Source of the DNA: an uncultured Rhodospirillaceae bacterium
GTDB lineage: Bacteria; Pseudomonadota; Alphaproteobacteria; Rhodospirillales; UBA2165
Assembly (NCBI GenBank): GCA_964574215.1
Contig: CAZNLR010000020.1
Location: 2,466 to 66,465, forward strand
DNA: 64,000 nucleotides
Direction of reading: 5' to 3'
A program made the translations under genes and the position numbers. Each line of letters begins with the position of its first letter. Position 1 is the stretch's first letter. This document shows, piece after piece, positions 57,658 to 64,000 of this stretch. Under the pieces are notes generated by a model. That model had not been told where the DNA came from and searched no databases. It was given only the letters and a program-made list of their open reading frames with translations.

Positions 57658-60600
57658 TTGATTAGGCGGACGTTTCGAAGCTTTTTATTGCTTCTCGGTG
57701 TTCTGACGGTTGGCCTTGCCGTCGTCTTGACTGTTTTGGTTTGGCGTTTGACGACCGGGCCAATTTCGCTCGCCTTCCTTACCCCTTATTTTGAATCGGC
57801 ATTTAACGTGCCGGAAGCCGAATTCAGAATTGAATTGGAAGATACTATCCTGACCTGGGCCGGTTGGGACCAATCTCTCGATATTCGGTTGAGGGGTGCC
57901 AAGGTAATTGGTTCCGACCGAAAAACCATCGCTGACATTCCGGAGCTGGCGGTTTCCTTGAGCGCAGAGGCGCTTATGCACAGGAAGGTGTTGCCCAGAA
58001 GTCTGTCAATTTTTGGGCCGAGGCTGAATATTGTCCGACGCGAGGACGGCCAGTTGGAACTGGGAATCGCGCAAAACGGCAATCAGCGGACACATTTCAA
58101 CAAACAATTGGCCGAGAAGGTATTCTCCTTGTCCGAACCCGGCCGCCCTCTGGCTCATCTGAAAAGTATTAATATCATCGGTGGCCACGTGGTCATCGAC
58201 GACCGGCAGCTGGAGGTGAAATGGGAAGCGCCGGAGGCCGATATCATGCTGGTTCGGCGGGAGGGAGGATTTTCCGCGAAGGCCGAGCTATCGCTGAAAG
58301 CCGGCGAGAATGTTGCTGCTTTGTTGATCGACGGCAAATACGATGCGAAATCCCAGCAAGCCGAAATTACGGTCGGTTTTGCCGATCTCAATCCCAGCGC
58401 CTACGCGCAGCTATCGAAAAAACTTAAAATTCTCGATGCTTTCGATATGCCAGTGAGCGGTACTCTGGCTGCAAAAATCTTGCCTAACGGCGATTACCGC
58501 TCGCTTGAATTCAGCGTCGCCGGCGCCAAGGGGCGAATGCGCCTTACGGATCCATTCGCCTTCGATCTTGCGGTAAATACCGCATCGTTAAGCGGGGTCT
58601 ATGATCGGGAGGCGGGGCAATTGAATATCGAAGAGGCCATGGTCGATCTCGGAAAAGACGGCAGGCTCAAACTGCCGAAACCTTTCGCGCATCACATACC
58701 GGTCCAAAAAATAACGGCTTCGGCGAGCTACAACGCCAATTCTGATCGCATGGAAATCAAGAACTTACGCGTGCAAACGCCGGGACCGGAAGCCGAGGCG
58801 GCCCTGACCGTGCAGGAGATTGGCGGCGACTATACGTTTGAATTTTCCGGCACATCCCGCAATGTCGAAGCCGATCAATTGTCTAGCTATTGGCCCAAAG
58901 GCCTGGGTGATTTCACCCGGAGTTGGATTTTGGCAAATTTGTCGGTTGGCAGTTCTCCCCAGGCGAATGCGCGGGTAACCGGACGCTGGAATTCGAAAAA
59001 AGGAGTGGAAATACATTCTTTAACCGGGGATATGTCGCTCCGGGATTTGACCGTGGACTTTTTGCCGCCCATGCCCAAAGCCGTACATAATTCGGGTCAC
59101 GCAAAATTCGACAAGACGAGATTTGAAGTTCAAATCAACGCAGGTGAAGTCGAAGGTTTGTCACTAAACCGAGGAAGCGTCGTTTTTACCGGGCTCGACC
59201 AATATGATCAGTTTGCCGACGTAAAATTGGACATCGACGGTTCGTTGCAAGATGTATTGAGTTTTATCGACAAGGAACCACTCGGCTTTACCAAGACGGT
59301 AGGACTGACGGCTGCCAATGTAGAGGGGAAGACGTCGACGAATGTAAAATTGGATTTTCTGCTCGATCGGCAGTTGACGGCGGATCGGGTCAGGGCATCG
59401 GTCAAATCGAAGTTACACGAAGTATCGGTTAAGAATATTGCCCAAGGTTTCGATCTCCAGGGTGCGAACCTAGTGCTTGAAGCAGACAACAAGGGAATGA
59501 CCGTCAAAGGCTTCGGCAAGTTCGGCGACATCAATTCGGCGATCGAATGGCGTGAGAATTTTCGCGGCGAGGGCAAATTCAGAAGTCGCTATAAATTGTC
59601 GGCAATAGTCACCGACAAACAATGGCGCAACAATCTCAAGCTTAATTTTGTTCCTTTTACAGCCGATTATTTGAACGGAAAATTCGGTGCGGCCGTAGTG
59701 GCAACCATAGATCACAACGGGAAAGGCCTGTTCAAAGCCAATCTGGATCTGAAAGAATCATCCTTGTCGCTGCCGGAATTTCAGTGGCGAAAATCGACCA
59801 AAGTCGCGGCAAAATCGAAAATAGAAGCCATTTTTTCCTCCAAGGGATTTCTGGATATACCGAGGATCGTCGTTCAAGGCGGCGGAATGGACTTTTCCGG
59901 CAGAGCCGATTTCGATGACAGCGGCAAATTTCAAAAGCTGGTAATTCAAAAACTGCTGTTCGGCGATTCCGATATTACCGGTTTTGTAGAGCGTAAGACA
60001 AAAGGTTGGATCGTCGACATCGCCGGGAAGCGGCTCGACCTTGCCGCTTGGCTGGCGAAGGAGGACGAACAAACAGAAAGAAATAGAGGTCAGGAACTCG
60101 ATCTTAATATCAATGCTCTCACCCGGGTTAAAATCTATCCGGGTAAATTCCTTGAAAATGTGACGGCTAAAATGAAATTTGACGGGCTGGTGTGGCGGCG
60201 TGTCAACGTCACCGCCGGGCTCGGACCGGGGGAGACACTGGTTATTGATGTGCTTCCCAAGGGCGGGAAGAGAGAATTAACAGTGGTTTCCAACGACGCC
60301 GGCGCAGCTCTGCGCAAGTTTGAACTCTACGACAATTTGATCGGCGGGCGTTTGACTGTGAATGCGGTTTACGACTCGATGGATCCGGAAAGTCGCCTTT
60401 CCGGAACGGCTAAGATAGATAATTTCCGTATCGTAAAAGCGCCGGTATTGGCTCAGCTTCTGAACATCGCTTCGCTGACGGGTATCCTTGAGAATTTAGG
60501 AGAGGACGGCTTCGGTCTTACCTTCGAGAAACTGGAAGCGCCGTTCGTGAAACAATACGGTATCGTGAATGTCAAAGATGTCGAAGCCAACGGTATTTCT

Positions 60601-60906
60601 CTCGGGCTGACGGCCACGGGAAATCTCGACACCCAAACCAAACTGATTGACCTGAAGGGTACGGTTGTACCCGCCTATATCGTCAATACGGCCCTGACCC
60701 ATATTCCGGTGATCGGCCAGTTGTTGTCGGGAGGAGAGAAAGGCGGCGGCGTCTTTGCGGCCAGGTACACCATGACCGGCGACGTTCAAAACCCGGATAT
60801 ATCGACCAATCCCTTGTCGACACTGACGCCGGGATTTTTACGCAATTTGTTTGATATTTTCGATAACGTGAAAGTTGATCCACCCGAACCCGAAAAATCT
60901 GAGTGA
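57658..60906 (+). CDS. AsmA-like/YhdP-family large envelope protein (DUF3971)
   Basis: 1082 aa with a TTG start, a single N-terminal TM helix, and a long beta-rich body with the C-terminal motif typical of AsmA-like lipid-transport proteins. Confidence 0.8.
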   Translation: MIRRTFRSFLLLLGVLTVGLAVVLTVLVWRLTTGPISLAFLTPYFESAFNVPEAEFRIELEDTILTWAGWDQSLDIRLRGAKVIGSDRKTIADIPELAVSLSAEALMHRKVLPRSLSIFGPRLNIVRREDGQLELGIAQNGNQRTHFNKQLAEKVFSLSEPGRPLAHLKSINIIGGHVVIDDRQLEVKWEAPEADIMLVRREGGFSAKAELSLKAGENVAALLIDGKYDAKSQQAEITVGFADLNPSAYAQLSKKLKILDAFDMPVSGTLAAKILPNGDYRSLEFSVAGAKGRMRLTDPFAFDLAVNTASLSGVYDREAGQLNIEEAMVDLGKDGRLKLPKPFAHHIPVQKITASASYNANSDRMEIKNLRVQTPGPEAEAALTVQEIGGDYTFEFSGTSRNVEADQLSSYWPKGLGDFTRSWILANLSVGSSPQANARVTGRWNSKKGVEIHSLTGDMSLRDLTVDFLPPMPKAVHNSGHAKFDKTRFEVQINAGEVEGLSLNRGSVVFTGLDQYDQFADVKLDIDGSLQDVLSFIDKEPLGFTKTVGLTAANVEGKTSTNVKLDFLLDRQLTADRVRASVKSKLHEVSVKNIAQGFDLQGANLVLEADNKGMTVKGFGKFGDINSAIEWRENFRGEGKFRSRYKLSAIVTDKQWRNNLKLNFVPFTADYLNGKFGAAVVATIDHNGKGLFKANLDLKESSLSLPEFQWRKSTKVAAKSKIEAIFSSKGFLDIPRIVVQGGGMDFSGRADFDDSGKFQKLVIQKLLFGDSDITGFVERKTKGWIVDIAGKRLDLAAWLAKEDEQTERNRGQELDLNINALTRVKIYPGKFLENVTAKMKFDGLVWRRVNVTAGLGPGETLVIDVLPKGGKRELTVVSNDAGAALRKFELYDNLIGGRLTVNAVYDSMDPESRLSGTAKIDNFRIVKAPVLAQLLNIASLTGILENLGEDGFGLTFEKLEAPFVKQYGIVNVKDVEANGISLGLTATGNLDTQTKLIDLKGTVVPAYIVNTALTHIPVIGQLLSGGEKGGGVFAARYTMTGDVQNPDISTNPLSTLTPGFLRNLFDIFDNVKVDPPEPEKSE

Positions 60907-60915
60907 GATCGAACG

Positions 60916-62172
60916 TCAGTTGTCGGCGCGTACCAATACGTGGCGTTTTTTACCGGCGGACAGTTTGATCACGCCTTCTTGGTTTACATCATCCAGCGAA
61001 ACCAGTTGGGTCTCGTCGTCGATCACCTGATCGTTGAGGCGGGCGCCCTTGCCTTTGATCAGCCGCCTTGCCTCGCCATTGGAAGTGGCGAGCCCGGCAT
61101 GCCGCAATATTTCGAATGCCGGCAGGCCCGCCTGGAGATCGGCTTGTGGCAATTCTACGGTCGGCAAGTCGGCGCTAATACCGGTGCCTTCGAAAGTTTC
61201 GCGGGCCGTTTCCGCGGCGGCCGCCGCTTCTTTTTCGCCGTGGCAAAGCTTTGTTACTTCGTTGGCCAGGATTTTTTTCGCCTCGTTAATCTCCACATCC
61301 TGAAGTTTTTCGAGCCGGGCAATCTCGTCCAAAGGTAATTCAGTAAACAAACGCAAGAAACGGCCTACATCCGCGTCCTCCGTATTGCGCCAATATTGCC
61401 AGAAATCATAGGGCGAGGTCTGTTCGGCATCGAGCCAAATAGCGCCGTCGGCCGTTTTGCCCATTTTGGCGCCCGACGAGGTCGTCAGCAGCGGTGTCGT
61501 CAAGCCGAACAACGACGTGCCGTCGACGCGGCGGCCCAGTTCCACGCCGTTGACGATATTGCCCCATTGATCCGATCCGCCCATTTGCATGGCGCAATCA
61601 TATCGGCGGGAAAGCTCCAGAAAGTCATAGGCCTGGAGGATCATGTAATTGAATTCCAGAAATGTCAGCGGTTGCTCCCGCTCCAGGCGCAGCTTAACCG
61701 AATCGAACGTCAGCATGCGGTTGATGGTGAAATGGGGACCGAACCCGCGCAGAAAATCGACATATTGAAGTTGGCTCAACCAATCATCGTTATTGGGCAT
61801 AATGGCATCAGTCGGGGCGTCGCCGAATGTCATGTATTTGGAAAACACCGTTTTGATGCCGTCCATGTTTTGGTTGATCTTTTCCTCGCTGAGCAATTGG
61901 CGGCTTTCGTCCTTGCCCGAAGGATCGCCCACTTTAGTGGTGCCGCCGCCCATCAGAACGATTGGTTTGTGACCGGTTTTTTGCAACCAACGTAAAATCA
62001 TGATCGGCAAGAGGCTGCCGGCGTGGAGGCTCGGTGCCGTGCAGTCGAATCCGATATAGGCGGGGATGATTTCCTTGGCAGCGCGTTCATCCAGGGCATC
62101 GATGTCGGTGCACTGGTGAAGGAAACCCCGTTCGGTAATCGCGTTCAAAAAATCGGACTTATATGTGGGCAT
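60916..62172 (-). CDS. tyrS: Tyrosine--tRNA ligase
   Basis: A HIGH-type motif (PSLHAGSL), KMGKT (KMSKS variant) and a C-terminal S4 domain. Confidence 0.95.
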   Translation of the reverse strand: MPTYKSDFLNAITERGFLHQCTDIDALDERAAKEIIPAYIGFDCTAPSLHAGSLLPIMILRWLQKTGHKPIVLMGGGTTKVGDPSGKDESRQLLSEEKINQNMDGIKTVFSKYMTFGDAPTDAIMPNNDDWLSQLQYVDFLRGFGPHFTINRMLTFDSVKLRLEREQPLTFLEFNYMILQAYDFLELSRRYDCAMQMGGSDQWGNIVNGVELGRRVDGTSLFGLTTPLLTTSSGAKMGKTADGAIWLDAEQTSPYDFWQYWRNTEDADVGRFLRLFTELPLDEIARLEKLQDVEINEAKKILANEVTKLCHGEKEAAAAAETARETFEGTGISADLPTVELPQADLQAGLPAFEILRHAGLATSNGEARRLIKGKGARLNDQVIDDETQLVSLDDVNQEGVIKLSAGKKRHVLVRADN

Positions 62173-62295
62173 AAATCTCGCCGCCTTTAATAAATTTTAA
62201 TTCAATTCGACTGAAACTCCGGCGATGGTTCTGATGCTTGCCGGAAGGCCGGTCGTTTAGCACAATCAACCTCTGGGTACAACGTTTGGTCGGAT

Positions 62296-63381
62296 ATGAC
62301 GGAAGGCAAAAAATATAGATCTCTCGGCTTGATGAGCGGCACGTCGCTTGACGGCGTGGATGCCGCGCTGATCGAAACAGATGGCGAAACAATATTCGAG
62401 TTCGGAAATTACCTGACCATAACCTATGAGCCGGATGTAAAATCGGCGTTGCACGAAATCCTGGGCAAGGACAAAGCTTCAGCCGGCCTTATCCGGGAAT
62501 TTACCGAAATCCAAGCACGGGCTGTATCGGCGCTATTGGCGGAGTCGGCATTCGGTCCGGCCGATATCGATGTCATCGGATTTCACGGTCAAACCATATT
62601 GCATGACCCGGACCAAGGACGGACGGTTCAGATCGGTGATGGAGAGATGTTGGCGAGGTTGACAGGGATAGACGTGGTCAATGATTTTCGCAGCAACGAT
62701 ATGGCAGAAGGCGGCCAGGGTGCGCCTTTTGCGCCGGTCTATCACCGGTCGTTGACCGGAGGAATGGCCAAACCTCTCGCCGTCCTCAATATCGGCGGCG
62801 TGGCAAATGTTACCTGGATCGGCGAAGAAGAGATGCTGGCCTTCGATACCGGCCCGGGCAATGCCTTGATGGATGATTGGGTAAAAAGACGGACCGGCGA
62901 AGATTTTGATTTCGATGGAGCAATGGCAAGGTCCGGGAGCGCCGATTTGGCCGTTCTTCAAAGCTTGATGGACAACGTCTATTTTTCGAAAGAACCGCCG
63001 AAGTCTCTCGACCGCAATGATTTTTCAGTTACGGCTATCGATGGCATGACGGTAGAAAACGGCGTTGCAACCTTGGCGGCCTTTACGGTCGAGTCCATTG
63101 CACGGGCGCAGGACTTTTTCCCCCAACCGGTCGACAGTTGGATCGTTTGCGGCGGCGGCCGGCGGAACGCCCAATTGATGGTGTTGTTGAAAGAGCGGTT
63201 GGCGCAGAAAGTTATGTTGTCGGAAGATGCGGGATGGCGCGGCGACGCCATCGAGGCGCAGGCCTTTGCCTTTATGGCCGTCCGATCACTTCTGCAAAAG
63301 CCGATCAGTTTCCCCGGGACGACCGGCGTCGCCATACCCATGCCGGGTGGCAAATTGAATCCCGCGCCCGCCGGGGATTAA
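62296..63381 (+). CDS. anmK: Anhydro-N-acetylmuramic acid kinase
   Basis: GLMSGTSLDGVDAAL N-terminus and NIGGVAN. It is divergent from tyrS. Confidence 0.95.
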   Translation: MTEGKKYRSLGLMSGTSLDGVDAALIETDGETIFEFGNYLTITYEPDVKSALHEILGKDKASAGLIREFTEIQARAVSALLAESAFGPADIDVIGFHGQTILHDPDQGRTVQIGDGEMLARLTGIDVVNDFRSNDMAEGGQGAPFAPVYHRSLTGGMAKPLAVLNIGGVANVTWIGEEEMLAFDTGPGNALMDDWVKRRTGEDFDFDGAMARSGSADLAVLQSLMDNVYFSKEPPKSLDRNDFSVTAIDGMTVENGVATLAAFTVESIARAQDFFPQPVDSWIVCGGGRRNAQLMVLLKERLAQKVMLSEDAGWRGDAIEAQAFAFMAVRSLLQKPISFPGTTGVAIPMPGGKLNPAPAGD

Positions 63382-63390
63382 TCGGCGCGG

Positions 63391-64000
63391 CTATTTTTTC
63401 TTTTTCTTGGGCGCTTTTTTCTTTTCGGATTCGGGGGATAAAGACTGATCCAAGTAGCGGCAAATTTCCTTGTCTAAGTCCTCGATCTTATCCTGGAAGA
63501 AATGATTGGCGTTTTTCATCACCGCATAATCGATTTCAATATTTTTTTGGGCGCTAAGCTTTTGCGCCAACTTGTTAACCGATTCGATGGGCACCTGTTC
63601 GTCGGCATCGCCGTGGACAATCAAACCCGATGACGGGCAGGGGGCCAAAAAGGAAAAATCATCCGTATTGGCCGGCGGTGAGACCGATATGAAGCCTTCG
63701 ATTTCAGGCCGCCGCATCATCAATTGCATGGATATCAGGGCGCCGAAGGAATAGCCGCCGATCCAACAGTAGGGACTATTGGGATTGAACTGCTGCATCC
63801 AATCAAAGGCATAGGCGGCGTCGCTGAGTTCGCCCACGCCTCCGTCGAATACGCCTTGAGATCGGCCGACACCCCGGAAATTGAACCGCATGACCGAGAA
63901 GCCGCGGTCGAGGAACGCGTTGAACATCATATAGACGATGCGATTGTTCATATTTCCACCCTGGAGAGGATGTGGATGTAGAACGATGGCGATGGGAGCG
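63391..64000 (-). CDS. Alpha/beta hydrolase (COG2945-type), 5' end beyond window
   Basis: The frame stays open upstream of the listed Met (…APIAIVLHPHPLQGGNMNN…) to the window edge. GYSFG nucleophile elbow. Confidence 0.75.
   Translation of the reverse strand, partial: APIAIVLHPHPLQGGNMNNRIVYMMFNAFLDRGFSVMRFNFRGVGRSQGVFDGGVGELSDAAYAFDWMQQFNPNSPYCWIGGYSFGALISMQLMMRRPEIEGFISVSPPANTDDFSFLAPCPSSGLIVHGDADEQVPIESVNKLAQKLSAQKNIEIDYAVMKNANHFFQDKIEDLDKEICRYLDQSLSPESEKKKAPKKKKK

Noticed and set aside
1-64000. Scan for CRISPR arrays, tRNA/rRNA/tmRNA genes, integrases, toxin-antitoxin pairs and nuclease/helicase defence modules
   Set aside because: I saw no regularly spaced repeats, no cloverleaf-like or rRNA-like sequences in the intergenic gaps, and no ORFs with those signatures. 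A by-eye scan cannot exclude small ncRNAs.

Overview
This 64 kb window looks like bacterial chromosome. The protein sequences suggest a marine alphaproteobacterium, but that is inference and cannot be verified here. Nearly all of it is coding.

Gene content, left to right:
- 1-4.8 kb: a CoA-ester catabolic module (5'-truncated molybdopterin hydroxylase subunit, family III CoA-transferase, SDR, thiolase-like enzyme).
- 4.9-6.7 kb: two tandem EamA/DMT transporters.
- 6.9-11.2 kb: a signal-less reductive-dehalogenase-family Fe-S protein, a MOFRL glycerate kinase, and a LemA-DUF3137 pair.
- 11.2-30.9 kb: a lower-GC Wzx/Wzy-type surface-polysaccharide locus of about 20 kb. It carries seven or eight glycosyltransferases, two AsnB-like amidotransferases, two methyltransferases, and fcl, wecC and wecB.
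- 31.1-34.5 kb: a compositionally mosaic block of orphan envelope proteins. It begins with a reading-frame break between a PDZ gene and a very GC-rich ORF that has no start codon.
- 34.5-40.5 kb: a GC-rich envelope-maintenance block (DsbA-like, DUF3047 lipoprotein, M48/TPR protease, gamma-glutamyltransferase) plus an aminotransferase.
- 40.5-64 kb: housekeeping genes rne, amiC, mrcA, prfB, glnE, an AsmA/DUF3971 protein, tyrS and anmK, interspersed with accessory genes listed below.

Accessory genes in the housekeeping stretch are a second RDH/QueG-like Fe-S protein, a coupled PlsB-like acyltransferase and alpha/beta hydrolase, and one REP-associated tyrosine transposase (RAYT) bracketed by two near-identical 60-nt palindromes.

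I found no rRNA, tRNA, CRISPR array or recognisable defence system. The best candidates for something undescribed are the 31-34.5 kb orphan module with its frame break, the two cytoplasmic RDH-family paralogues, and the minimal REP-RAYT unit. All functional calls come from motif recognition by eye, since no searches could be run.
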